A stretch of 64,000 nucleotides of DNA from positions 101,724 through 165,723 of IMG/VR virus record IMGVR_UViG_3300013383_000014; one strand, written 5' to 3'. Position numbers and translations under genes: made by a program. The first letter of the stretch is position 1. Each line of letters starts with the position of its first letter. Under the pieces are notes generated by a model, which saw only the letters and a program-made list of their open reading frames with translations, was not told where the DNA came from and did not search any database. This stretch comes from a virus. Lineage: Duplodnaviria; Caudoviricetes. Of this stretch, positions 1 to 13,349 are shown in pieces.

Positions 1-1
1 T

Positions 2-970
2 GAAATTAGAATTCCACGCGCAGCAAATTATAAGGCTGTTAAGATTCTTGATAAGAAGATATATAAGACTGCTCCAGTTGTTGGGTCAGCAGGTAAGGTT
101 AAGATTACTCTCCCTACTGGTATTACCAAGGGCGATATTATTCGTATTACGATGTTCCTCTCTACGCCAGGTGTAGAACTCGCAGAGTTTGGTACTCCGT
201 GCTGGCAGGACTTCGGAAAGCCGCTCGTTATTGAGGTTTCTGCAAAGGCAGATGCCGCTCGTGTTGCTGCTGCTATTAAGCTCGCTGCTGGTGAGTATGT
301 TACGGCTACGGTCGATTCAGGTGCCGTTGTAGTTGAGGGTAAGGAAAAGTGGATGGACTTTCAGGATGTTGACGTAAAGGTTATTGAACTCCTGGAGAAC
401 GATGAGGCTGTTGGTGTTGCTACCACTGACGCAAAGGTTGATCCTACTGCTGCTGTTGCTGAGTTTGGTACCGCTGAGTGGATTGATCACACGCTTCGTT
501 TCCCTACTGCACCAAACCGTCGCTACTCTCCGCTCTTCGCTGATGAGCTTCCGGTACGTGGTGGAAAGTACTACCAGTATGTATTCAAGTACATTGCTCG
601 TCATAACGTTCCAGGTGGTCTTTCTGGCGTTGATCAGTGCGTAGACTCTATTACTGCACACATCTTCTTCGTTAAGGATGATCAGGTTACTGCTTTTGAT
701 AAGGTTCTTACGCAGGCTGGTATCACTCCAACCCTGATTGCTGATTATAAGGCAAATCTTGAGGAGCTTTCTATGAACCCTTATGCTAACGAGGTTGCTG
801 ATGTAGCTGGTCAGGCCGATGCTAACAAGGCTGCAGTTACTGCTGCTAAGAGCGCTGCTGATGCTGCAACGGCCGCTGCAAAGAAAGCAAATGATAAACT
901 TGCTGCAATCGGTGCATTAACTGGTGATGCCGCAACAGTAGCAAACATTATTGCAAAAGCAAAGGCTTAA
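2..970 (+). CDS. Capsid-associated structural protein (5'-truncated; possible auxiliary capsid protein)
   Basis: Frame is open from base 2 to TAA 970; strongly biased codons (GCT, GGT, AAG) suggest high expression; FGTxEW..LRxPT..ELP segment resembles crAss capsid-module proteins as I recall them; Ala-rich C-terminus; terminator follows. Confidence 0.65.
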   Translation, partial: EIRIPRAANYKAVKILDKKIYKTAPVVGSAGKVKITLPTGITKGDIIRITMFLSTPGVELAEFGTPCWQDFGKPLVIEVSAKADAARVAAAIKLAAGEYVTATVDSGAVVVEGKEKWMDFQDVDVKVIELLENDEAVGVATTDAKVDPTAAVAEFGTAEWIDHTLRFPTAPNRRYSPLFADELPVRGGKYYQYVFKYIARHNVPGGLSGVDQCVDSITAHIFFVKDDQVTAFDKVLTQAGITPTLIADYKANLEELSMNPYANEVADVAGQADANKAAVTAAKSAADAATAAAKKANDKLAAIGALTGDAATVANIIAKAKA

Positions 971-996
971 TTTTAAAACAAAATAAAACAAAATAT

Positions 997-1032
997 AGAG
1001 CGAGTGAGAGCTGATTCTCGCTCGCTCTTTTT
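997..1032 (+). terminator. Rho-independent terminator
   Basis: agagcgagtgaga / tctcgctcgctct stem followed by a T-tract. Confidence 0.85.
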
Positions 1033-1050
1033 CGTATAAAAGCAAATAAA

Positions 1051-1731
1051 ATGACAGTTAATGATATTTCTTCTGCAATTTTAAATGATTTGTTTTCGGG
1101 AAATTTTGTTACCCCAAACAATCAAAGTCTGCTTTCTGTAGACCAATTGGAAGATGAAGTTATAGAAGAAAGGGCTGCTGTTATAAAGGAAATGTTCTTA
1201 AAAGGTATTTTAAATAAAAATGATGTTCTGTTCGCACTTAATTGTGTACCAGTAGATTGCAAAGACCAAAATAAATGTAAGTGTATGGGCTTGGGTGTTG
1301 TTAAAAATGCAAAACATTTTGAAATCCCGCAACTCATGCCAGGACTTGGTTCAGAATCTCTCGTTTATGTAGGTAGTACCGATAGATCAAATTCTTATAA
1401 AATCTTTTATAACAAAGAAGCTCTTGATTATTATAAATATTTTCAGAAGTACTCTCGAAGCAAAAAGAACAAACCGTTCGTTTATATAGAACGTACCCCA
1501 AATGAAAATGGAATGTTTGATGGCTGAATTTTCGACGCGCCAATGGTTGAAAATATAGCAGTTATTGGTGTGTTTCAAAACCCTAGACAATTAGAGGCGT
1601 ACAATTGTTGTAGCCAGAGCGATTACCTTGAAATGGGAGTACTTAGTAGTGAAATTAAAAATCGCATTTTAAATAAGAAGATTAGATTATATAGAAGCGC
1701 TTCTCCAAGTGCTTCACAAACAGTTGGTTAG
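1051..1731 (+). CDS. Conserved crAss tail/structural protein (226 aa, 1 TGA)
   Basis: Track ORFs 1051-1527 and 1543-1731 are in frame across TGA 1525-1527 (DG-W-IFDAP); ends TAG. Confidence 0.75.
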
Positions 1732-1734
1732 TAT

Positions 1735-2430
1735 ATGGGGAAATTAGTTAATATAAAAGCGGCATATCAGCTCTGTAACTCGTTATTCGGGGTAGACCCA
1801 GATCCAGATACGTTTGAAGATGTCGCATTGGTAGGGTGGGAAAAAATTGGAAACAAACATACTAGATTATATAGATATAAAGCAAATACGAAAGATAAGG
1901 AACTAGTTCTTCCTTGTAACGTAGAAATAATTGAGTCGGTAACAATACCGGCTCTGAGCGCACAAATAACGAGTAATAAAACAGATATAATAGATCTTGA
2001 AAATGTGCGCGTAGAAGGTTATATAGAGGCCTTCAAACAAAATAATGATCCTTTTTATACTAGCGGTAGTTACGTTAAATATAAAGAAGGAGATGGAGTG
2101 TTATATTTCTCCAGAGATTATGATGATATAACTGTGTTATATCACGGAATTTTGGCAGATGAAGATGATGGTCTGCCACTTGTTAATGAGAAAGAATTAC
2201 GTGCAATTGCAGCATTTGTTGCTTGGAGAGAGACTTACAAAGATGCAATTCGAAGAAAAGACAGAAATGCTTTTACAATTGCACAATATATAGAGGCAGA
2301 GTGGTACAGGGCCTGTAACGCAGCACGAGTAAAAGACCACTTGAATCAAAACGATATGAATGCCATTTTAGATGTTAAAACTCGTTGAGACAGAAAGAGT
2401 TACGGCAAATCATATAAAAGTGTTTTATAA
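1735..2430 (+). CDS. Tail tubular/ring protein (P22 gp4-like; 231 aa)
   Basis: Position in module; YHGILADEDDGLP motif; TGA 2386-2388 read through gives KTR-W-DRKSYGKSYK, ending TAA that overlaps the next ATG. Confidence 0.75.
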
Positions 2431-3425
2431 TGATTGGATATATTTATAAAATTACAAATGTTTTTAATAATAAAAGCTATATAGGACAAACCGGGCGTAG
2501 TGACGTTAATTTAAGATGAAAAGAACATAAAAGAAAATATAAAAATAAAAACAATAGTGATTACAACAGCAAATTTTATAGGGCATTACGAAAATATGGG
2601 CTAGAAAACTTTTTGTGGAAAATAGTAAAAATAGTAAATGCTCCTAGTGATGAAGAATTAAGAAAATTACTAAATCGATGAGAAAAATACTATATTAAAA
2701 AATATGACACTTTTGTAAACGGATACAATCTTACAAAGGGTGGTGATGGATGTTGTGTTAACTATCTTCGAATTTTAATGTTTGATGAGACCGGGAAGCT
2801 ATTAAAAACGTTTGAGTCTTCAAAAAGTGCTGCCGAGATACTCGGTGTAACTAAGGGGAGTATCCAGTCCTGTTGTTCAAGAAATAAATTTTATACAAAA
2901 ATAGATGATAATAGGGTGATTTTTAGATATGAAAATGACACAATAACCGAGGAGGATTTTAAGAACTTAAAAAGAATTAATTATGATAAGAAAATTTTAA
3001 TGTTTAATATGTCTGGAGTACTATTGAGAACTTTTAATTCTGCAAAAGAAATTTCAAGTGTTTTTAAAATTGCACCTAAAAGAATAACTGCGAATTGTAG
3101 ATCGCAATCATCTTTTGTTTTAATAAATGATACCAGATATATTTTTAAATATAAAGGTGATACTATAACGCAAAACGACTTGAAGCGGGCGCACAAAATT
3201 AAAAGTGATCCAAAAATAAAGGTTACTGCTGTAGATAGTGTAACAGATGAAATTTTAGGGAAGTTTGACACATTGTCAGAAGCCGGGAGACGTTTTAATA
3301 CACACGGTCATAATATTTCTGAAGTGTTATCTGGAAAAAGAAAAACAGCTGGGAAATTTAATGGGCATCCTATTGGTTGAATTAAAACTAGTCAGTATAA
3401 TGAAATATCCGGTAGTTGATCATAG
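2430..3425 (+). CDS. GIY-YIG homing endonuclease with NUMOD1-type repeats (331 aa, 4 TGA)
   Basis: MIGYIYKITN..KSYIGQT..R-W-KEH..E..YI..GYNLTKGG; TGA at 2517, 2679, 3378 and 3417; three C-terminal G.LL.TF.S..(E)A repeats; ends TAG. Confidence 0.9.
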
Positions 3426-4401
3426 TTTTTATGCTAGAGACCTTTTTGAAACTTTTGATATAAAAGGAAAGGTTCATTTGAAGCAAAAGATAGTTAAAAA
3501 GAAATATGGAGTAGATAGATTGCAATATCTGTGTGTTAGTGTGTTTATATATTGTTTTTATATAACACTTTTGGATATTATCGAAAATAATGCTAACTTT
3601 ACGTTGCCTTTATATAGGGGGAAACGCGCCCAGATATATTGCAAGGAATATGTTGGTGAAGAATTACAAGAAATGCGAAAATGTGGAGCATTTGCAAGCC
3701 AAGATATGTTGGAACAAAATTTTATTGGATATGGGCTAGTTTATATGTGCGATTATACTAGCGCACCAATGGTGAAGTCAATACATATTAATGATGGCCT
3801 TAAAAAAAAATTGCGCGATAGAGCAATAAAAGGACCAAAACCAGTGAAACCAACAAATCTAGACGATTACTTACCTTTTGTGTACAAGGAGTTCGAGGAT
3901 CTTCCGGAAAAGACAATTAGACAAATCTGTGAGCATGCATATAGAACTATGTTTCGACTGCAAGGAATGGGTTGCGATATTTGTTTAAGTAATAAAAGAC
4001 TTTTTCCGTTTGTTGCATATTTTGGAAGGTTTTTCATTAGTGATGAAAAATTTTACGAATATCACAATAAAAAAATGGCAGATAAAATAAGAATACGATA
4101 TAACTTGGAAAGAAAAACAAAACCATGAACAGGATATTATTATTTTGGTCTTACTGAGGATGAATATAATGAACTGTTTGCCGATAAGAAGGGTAGGTTG
4201 AAGAAAAAGATTGTCTTTCCAAAAATATGTTTATATAAAGTAAAAGAAGAAGCGGCATTGTTTAGAAAAGCCAAATATTTCTTTCGTACTCCGTGGCAGG
4301 AAGAGAAGGGTTGAAAAATCTGATTGGAAAATTACGAGACAAGAAATGTTGAACTTATCGGAGAACGTGGTGCTGATAAAAAGGTACATTTTAAAGAATA
4401 A
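3400..4401 (+). CDS. crAss IHF/HU-like protein, apparently two units fused (333 aa)
   Basis: ATG 3400; TGA 4126 gives KP-W-TGYYYF; two further TGA; TAA 4399-4401; sits between the tail tubular and muzzle genes, where crAss IHF-like genes lie. Confidence 0.55.
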
Positions 4402-4403
4402 AT

Positions 4404-7400
4404 ATGGGACAGGCTTCAAATAGTTTTTCAGATGGAATGGTAAAAGATATCAATCCGATAAATGTGCCAGCTACAGCACTTACGGATTGTAAAAATGGAA
4501 CAATTTTAACATATAACGGAAATGAGTTATGCCTCCAAAATGATATGGGAAATTTTGGATTGAAAAATTGCAAACTCAGCCCTGGTTATGTGCCTGTTGG
4601 ATTAAAGGAATATGGAGGAATATTATACATCGTTTCTTACAACCCAGCAACAGATCGAACTGAGATTGGATCTTACCCATCTACAAAAGTCAATGCAAGA
4701 TTGGATGATGGAACTACTCTTAGTGAGACAATTAATTATATTGATTGAACACAAACACAAACATATACAGATCTTTTAGATAAATATCACATACAAGTTT
4801 TTACAGATAAAGACCCAGAACGTTGGAAAATAAACCCAGGAGACCAGGTTAAAATTGAGTGGGAGGGAAATGAGGTGAAAGAAGAGAGAGAGGTCTTAGA
4901 TGAAAATGGGAAAAAACAGCTCGATGAAGACGGCAATGTAATAAAGGAAACTGTTATTACAGGAATAAAACAAGAACCTTTTCAAAAGACTGAATTTTAT
5001 ATTATGGACGAAAATAGAAATCTTACGAATATTGACGAATATATACAAGAACATCTTGCATATAAAAGTTCGGCTATGAGTAAGAATGACGAGGTTCGTT
5101 GAAAAATACCTGGGTGACTCGCTGTTAAATTATGTTTTCCGGATATAGATAATTTCTTAATTAATTTTACTACTGGAAACTCTCCAAATTTTAAAGGCGA
5201 TAACATTCCAGCAGAACTTAATATAAACTTAAAGTTTCGTACATTGATGTCGGATGGGCTATATAAAGGTCCGGTTGAGATAAAAGAAGTGGATAGTGAG
5301 GGAAAAGAGACAACAAAAAATATACAAGCAAAAGTTATATATGAGGTCACGCTCGACCAAACTTACGTAGTTAAAAAGGATAAGGAAGGTAATGAATTAA
5401 AAGACGAAAATGGAAACTTAATCTTTGAAACTGATAACAATGGCAATATTATTATAGGGGAGCGGACAATATCTGGTGAAGATTTGTTTGAAAATACTCC
5501 AGTTAATATGCCAAATGGTCAATATTATTTTAACACTGAGGGAAAATCATATACATTCACTGTTATGAAGGGTTGCAGGATCACAGTAACAGCAACTCCT
5601 TATATAGGAAATGTTGCATATGACAAGTTTAAAAAGGAATATACATACACGGCAGATGCAACATCTTTTGATGAAAACAACGTTGAAATAGGAAACAATT
5701 ATTTTACCTACGCTCTTAGTGAAGATGAATCTGAACTTAAGGTAATGTTCAACACAACAGGAATGGCAAATACGGTCGGTGCTAGACTTGAATGGGGATT
5801 ATCTCGTCTTACAGGAGAAACTAACAGTACATTAAATTGGACTCCAATTAGAAACAATATTGAACAAACAACTCCTGATTATCACCAAGTTGATACATGG
5901 GAGACCGCGGAAGATATTACGACATCTCTTACGATCAATCTTGTGAAATATGACAAATCTTTTGATGGTTCTGATGACTCTGGCAATAAAAACATAGACG
6001 GTAGCGGACATAATTACAAACAGATTGTTCCAGAGGACATATACTTATTGCAGTTCAGGATTATTTTGGATAATAAATATTTCCAGAATGACAATATGAA
6101 AAGGCTTGTTATTGCCTCTAAATTAATGAATGGATTTAACGATGCTAAGTACTATGAAATTACTTTTGATAGGTGGTTTGCTAATTATGAGAAATATATA
6201 ATTAACCCAGATTTTAAATTATACAATCTTAATGCGGAGATTTTAGACACGCCGATACAATTGTACAGCTCGTGGTTTACCGAGTTATCAAACCCAACCT
6301 GTGTAATGTACCCAGGATTTGTAGAATATTCAAAATATCAAAAACATACTTTGAATGGGAAAGAAACAACGGCAGAACAAAGGTACTCTTTAAAAAGCGA
6401 TATAAAAAGTGGTGGGATTTTACCACACGGACCAATGTGGGAGTACATTAATAATAACTCATCCATTAAAACAAAGGTCGGTGATACAACAATTGTTAAA
6501 TATAAAATAAACAATCTCACAGGATCGATAGGGCCCGTTAATATGGTAAATACACAGCATAGAGTTTCTGCAGTATATACATATGATTTAACTTATAATC
6601 ATAATGCCACAGACATAGTATGTTACGATTACACAACAAATTCAGCTAAGATTTACTCTGATATTTATACAATTCGTGATCTGGCAATGGGGAATCCTAC
6701 TAATGGCAAACCGATAACCACTTGGAGAGCTTGTTCAAATGGAATTAGCGCTACCTTTTCTGAATATAATAACACACAATGAATGCAACAACTTTGAAAG
6801 ACAGTAAACGGTCAAGTTTTTATGGTTGATGTCGGAGTACGTGGATATAAATTAACTTTAAATTCTGGCACATGAAGTTATCATGCAATTGGAGATAAAA
6901 GTATTGATGACGTTGGGAAAATTTCAAATTGGCATGTTGGTGATTCAAACTGGTTGCAAAGGTATTTTATAGGGGTTAAGCATCCAGAAAATAACAATGT
7001 ACTTATATTTCCAATCGCTGGATCTAAGTCTATACATTGAAATAATGATGACTTTGATTACACAAACATCTTGTTATTTACAATAAAATTTGCTAAAAAC
7101 ATACGTTTATTTAAAAAAGGAGATATTTTTACTGGTGGTTTCTTGCAAATAGATAAAACATCAGATACAAAATTTGATACAACAATTAAACTGGATAGTG
7201 AAATTTCAATATATCCGAGTATGTTCTGCGATGCTACATTGTCCCAAAACTCAAATTTTAAGAGAGAAGTGAAAGATATGAAATTTAGTTATCAACAAAC
7301 TCAAACAGTTTTTGATAATTTTGATTTTTCTGACTTGTTGTCTGCATTAAATAATTTTGATTTAAAAATTCAGGATTTTAACAGCGAATCAACAAAATCA

Positions 7401-7676
7401 TATGAAAGACGTTTTGGAGAAGAAGAATACTTGTTTTCAAGAGAGTTTCTAAATAAAACATCTCTTTGATTTATAGACAAAAGTGTTAATGTACTAAAAA
7501 AACATTATGCTTTTATAGAAAGTTTTTTTAATAAAGACCTTGAATATTCAAACTATCCTTGAGCTCATACCGGACATTATACTTGGGGAGACTTCGGCGA
7601 CGGCTATACATCAGTATGTGTTTTTGGTAGAGCTAGACAGGATTTGGATGAAATACAATTAACAGAGTTCGATTAA
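4404..7676 (+). CDS. Tail stabilisation/muzzle-related protein, N-terminal type (1090 aa)
   Basis: NSFSDGMVKDINP..TYNGNE..LQNDMGN..YGGILYIVSYNP N-terminus; fragments 4404/4875/5244/7071 share a frame and are separated only by TGA; TAA overlaps the next ATG. Confidence 0.75.
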
Positions 7677-10600
7677 TGTCATCAACAACATACACACTAC
7701 ACTTGCAAAGATTCGCCCAAAGTGGTGACTTGCAGCATACATACTCTGCGTTACGAAATTTGGTTTCTGATGGTAAAATAACTGGATTTAATGTTGATAA
7801 TTCTAGTCTTAAAATAGATCTGGAACATCCCGTTTCAATTGAGTGTCAACCTTCTTATGATGGTACGGTTAACTTAATTTTAACAGATGATAAAAATCCA
7901 CCTAGAATTATCAACTCTCGTTTTTCTAAAATAGAAAACAACAAATTTCGAGTAATTAACAGAAACCAAACACAACAGAGTAACTTATACGATGAAAAAA
8001 AGATAGACCTACAAACTAGGCTTATAAAAAGTACAGATAAAATCCCGGTTATAACGTTAAATAACGTTATTTCCGGGGGAAATCTTAAAGGTGGTACATA
8101 TACCTTTTATATACGATTAGCCGATGCTGATGGCAATAAAACTGACTTTCTAGCAGAATCCGGGCAAGTTTATATATACAAAGGTAGTTACGAAAATATA
8201 CCGTCTATTTCAGGAACGTTGTTAGACGAAACCACCGATAAAACAATTAAATTAAAGGCAACAAATCTAGATCGTTCTTTTTCACAATTGTTTTTATATT
8301 TTACTAGGGAAACTAGTGATATGAATGGGGTTCGCACCACAAAAGCATACCAAGTAAAAAGTGCATATAGCATAGGTTCTGAAACTGAATATTTTACATT
8401 AAATGGCTTCGAGGATCTTTTGGACATTTCTGTTGACGAACTTAATATACAATACAACCTGATAACTTGTGCAAAAACAGAAGTCCAAATACAGAATATG
8501 ATCTTTTTTGGAAATATTGAACAAAATACATTACCAATTGACGATCTACAAGCAATTTCTTATTATATTAGAGTTTCTGTAAAGCAAGACGAGGAAGGAA
8601 TTGGATGAGTAAATCCTAGTAATTACAAGGCGAGTGATACAAACAAACCAACGTTGTGTGAATACTACAACCCACTTAACCTATATTACAAGCTAGGATA
8701 TTGGCCAAACGAGTTATATAGGCTAGGAGTTGTTTATATTATGCAGGATGGGTCACTTAGCCCCGTTTTTAACTTACGAGGTTGTGATTTCTCCAATAAG
8801 GAATCTAAAAATGACTTAGTGTCTAATATTGATTATGACATTACTTATATGTTTGATGAAACAGATGGTTCTCTTATAAAGCTCAATAAAAACACTATGC
8901 TTAATAGTCCTGATTGGCTAGATAACACTTACGGAGTTTTTAAAAATCCAGATCTGTCTGTTATCGACTATTCATCTAGTTCTGTCAAACCAATATATTA
9001 CAATTTTGATATACATCCTTGAGTAAAACAAGAGCTTGAAAAAAGAGGGGTTCGAGGATATTTTTTTGTTAGACAAAAAAGAATTCCATTAACACTCTGC
9101 CAGGGTTACTCGGTTGGAATTGATGAGGGTTGTTCAATACCAATGTTGGCAACTAAAAAAGAGGGTGGTATAACGACTTTTTCTGCAGAAAGTTTTTTGA
9201 ACGGGAGTGGAGAATTAGCACATGATTATGCAAATCACATAAGAACAACGGATATGTCCTCTGGGTCTGGGTTACTCACACTTGATGCAACGTTAATACC
9301 TGAGTTAAGATCAATGTTTGACGGCTCTGAGTTTGGAATTTTTAAAACTACCGAAGGAATGGGGTTAACACAATCTCTAGATAAAAGTAGGCACTATTAT
9401 ATACAAAATGGGCAATCCTCAAACCTTACAAACTATGGTAAGGTCAATATGATATATGTTGACAATAATTGCTCATCCAAAATCGTTAACGGATACACTT
9501 TTGCTACTCAGGTTGGAAATGCAGAGGATGTTAGTCAATTTGGGTTATTTAGAAATAAGAGTGATTATTCCGAAGACAATGTTAACATAGTTCGAGGATT
9601 ATACGCTCCTTTTATAGGTGCTACCACAAGACTCCCTTACGGAGAAATGTACAATATAATGCAACGTGACTACAATGAGCAATTCCTCGCTGATTATTTT
9701 ACTGTGCGTGGTCTTGACACAGCTCCTTTTTATGCAATTACCGATCGTTACGAAATAGGCGATACAACTACACATAGTGAAGTGGATGCATATAGAGGAG
9801 ATTGTTATACAAACACCGTAACAATACGAATGAACCGTAATTTTATTGACCCTGAAGTTCCTATTAATAATACCATCGTTGATCGCAATACATGAAAAGA
9901 TAACTACAAAGGCATGGGAAATATGAAAATGGGGGCAGAAGAGTTAAAGGATGGACAGGGTGATTATAGTAAAATAAATAGGGCAGACTTAAATACAGTA
10001 GCACTTGGACAATGGGTCACTTTTAAATGCATGTCCAATTACAATCTTGGTCTTAGATCAATTGATAGAACACAAACAGACGAATATGCATTGATGGGAA
10101 ATCCTAGATACTTTTACCCGGTTAATGATATTTCGACGTCTGCTCCTTCAAAGGTTGCTGATTCTGCGTTATTAAATCAGGGGTACAATGCAACGGTTGG
10201 ACAAAGACAAAATTTCTCTGCACCAAACCTTCCTTATATAAAGGATATGTTTGATAATAGGGTGATGTTTAGTAATGCACAAACTTACGGTAATTTCCAG
10301 AATGCATATAGAATCTTCCAATCACTTGATTATCAGGATATTGAAAGACAATACGGCGCAATTGTAAAATTACTTCCATGGAATAGCAATCTTTTATGCA
10401 TATTCGAGCATGGTGTAGGAATTTTACCTGTAAATGAAAAGGCATTGCTTTCTACACAAACTGGGCAATCTGTGCATATGTACGGAGCAGGTGTACTGCA
10501 AAATCAGGTCACTGTTATCAATCCTGATTTTGGAAGCATCTGACAAGATTCGATTATTCGTACACCAATTGGTGTGTATGGTGTTGATACTACTGCGAAG

Positions 10601-11935
10601 AAGATATGGCGCATCACACAACAAAATGGTTTTGAGACCATTTCTGATATGAAAATACAGAAGTTTTTGAACGAACATATAAAACTTAGTGAATTAGACA
10701 AAACTGTTAAAATTGGCCTTAGAAATGTTAAAACACATTATAACAATTTTAAAGGAGATGTTATGTTTACTTTTTATAATGAACGTGAGGACGAAAAATG
10801 AAATGTTTGTTATAATGAGAGATTAAGTAAATGAATTACACAATATGATTGAATACCATTGTGTTCTGAAAATATTGATAATATATTTTATTCAATGGAT
10901 CGAGAAAGAGTCACCTCGTTAGCACAAATATATGACAGTAAAAACGCATCTTATGATCTTAATAGCACAAACGCAGTTTGGGACCTTGATAATAAAAATG
11001 TTATTAATTTTGAAACAAAACTTGTAGCTCCAGAAGGGATGGCTATTGACGGGATTTCTGATATAAAAATAAATAAAGTTGTTTATTGTTTATATGATGA
11101 AAATGACGAAAAGCTTGTTTACGATGAAATAACAGGCAAAGAAAAAATTGCTGAACTTTTCCAAGTTGGTTCTGATGAGGATACGGATTCTGGAAAGAAA
11201 ACAAACTGAAGAATAACTTCTAGTGGGCTTAGTGCGTTTATAAATGCGTTTTCCGAGACAAAGATGCCAGTGCAGTATGATATACACATCACTTATTGGT
11301 GCTTATATGGCGAAAATGAAAAACCGTACGATACAATTGTTGGGATGATTATCAATAGCAAAGATAAATTTCAGAAACAAATTAACAATGTTTTAACAAA
11401 TGGCTTTTTCGTGCATGGTCAGGCCGGAATATTCGATGATGTAGAGGGGCTTGAAATAAAGCCATGTTATTGGTACGATAGACAATATCCGTTTGAGTTT
11501 GAATATGTTTGTAATGATCAGGTTGGAATGCATAAGATTTTTAACAATCTCGTGATTATTTCCAATAATGTTGCTCCAGAGGAAATTGAATATATAATTG
11601 ATGGTGATGTTTACGGCTTAGTTGGTACTCCGTTAAAAGACCGAGATCTAGATAATGCAGAGATAATTGCCAGTCTAGATTACCAAAATAAGAAGGCAAT
11701 CAAAGTTGAGCAAGATTGTAAAGACGTTCGTAAAGTCGGTAGGAGACTTGGAAATACTCAATATATAGAGGACTCTTGAAATGTGCAAATAGATCCGATT
11801 AAATACAAAGACGGAAGCCGAAATAAAGAAACCAGAATACGAGATAAATACGTTAGAATACGCGTTAAATACTCTGGAAAAGATCTTGCTGTGATAACGG
11901 CATTGAAAACAATATATACACAAAGTTACGCATAA
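7676..11935 (+). CDS. Tail stabilisation/muzzle protein (P22 gp10-like; 1419 aa)
   Basis: Seven track fragments in one frame joined by TGA; SYDGTVNLILTDDKNPPRIIN, YRGDCY and C-terminal RIRDKYVRIRVKYSG..TIYTQSYA motifs. Confidence 0.85.
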
Positions 11936-11936
11936 T

Positions 11937-13349
11937 ATGTGAGAAAATAATAGTTGATTAGATCCTACGAATCTTACCGGAGTAAAAGCTCTAAAAACAC
12001 GCAAGAATGTTAATGAGTACGATATCCCCGATGAGTCTGGTATTATAGACGTAAATAAATTACTTGAGGATTATAACGCAGGGTCACATGCAAGAATGAT
12101 GACTGCAACACACCCAGTTACAGAAACATCTGTTGCAACTCCAGAAACTGCAAGTGCAACAAAAGTTATGACAGATCTTACGCAGGGCCAAAATGAAAAA
12201 GTGGAAAAAAAGTGAGCAAAGGAAAACAAACCAAAAGGTGATGGCGCAGATATATCTCAAAAAGGCTCTAGTGGGGTAGATATAATGAGTGCATTAACAG
12301 AGCCAGTAAATGCCGTTGGAAATGCATTATATCAAAAATCTGGAGTAGCTGGATTCGGAGCTAGTGATACTACAAAGCAAGTGAGAGATTCGATTTCTGA
12401 TGCTGCAATAAAATCTGGAAATCCATATGCGATGGCAATTGGACTTGCAACAAAGGCAGTCGATGGAATTACAGATGCGACGGGATTGCGAGCTGCAGAT
12501 TATACAGACGAACAAATAGAAGATCTGGGACTTGGAAGTGATGTTAAAGCAGCAAACTGGGTTCAACACGTTTTTAGTTCCTTACCTGGCTCAGCTGGTT
12601 TCGGAAATATTGCAACCAAAAAATTGACAAATGCAGAAATTTCTCAAGATACAGAAAATGTACGAAATGCATTTTCTGGGTCTCTTAAACAAATGGACGC
12701 AGCTGCGGCTGTTGGTGGTACTGGAATGGCATGGTTCTTACGTAGGGCGCAAAATAAAATGCAAGCAAAGATAGATGAGGCTAATGAACGAAATAAGTTG
12801 TTAACGAATATTAGTCGCACAAACACACTTGCAAAAGAAAATACTTACTCGCAGGAACTTAATGCACAAAACCAAAATAGATACTCCGGCAATAGTGGCG
12901 CAACAGCTCTTGCTAGGCATGGAATGGAATTGCCAGATAAGCATATGATTGCAGTAATCCTAGAAGCGCGCTCAAACATGCCCAAAAAGGGGGTAGAAAA
13001 GGCGTCTGACGAGTCTGAAAAGTTACCTGGCATAGATACTAATGTGATACCAGAAGGTGCCTTACATGCCCATAAGAATCATCTTGAAGAGGCAAATCCA
13101 GACATGGATAAAGTGACCGAAAAAGGCATACCAGTTATTGCTACAGATTCGCAAGGTGTTGACTATCAGCAACTTGCAGAGATCGAGTCAGCGGAAATTA
13201 TTTTTCGAAAGAAGCTTACAGATAAGATAGAGGAGTTAATGAAAGACGGTTCTGAAAAAGCAATGATACGTGCTGGCAAGTTACTTGCTCGTGAGATTAT
13301 GTGCAATACCGATGATAATACTGGAGAATTTTTAGATGGAGACGATTAA
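11937..13349 (+). CDS. Putative virion cargo protein (470 aa; codon 2 is TGA)
   Basis: ATG 1 nt after the upstream stop, in frame with track ORF 12285; Ala/Gly-rich middle; C-terminal NVIPEGALHAH..KGIPV..AEIE..AGKLL block. Confidence 0.7.

Noticed and set aside
3265-3399. Track start at 3265 (similarly 23399, 46574, 53983, 60819, 61945, 62105)
   Set aside because: These extensions overlap upstream genes or promoters; downstream ATGs fit gene coupling and domain starts better
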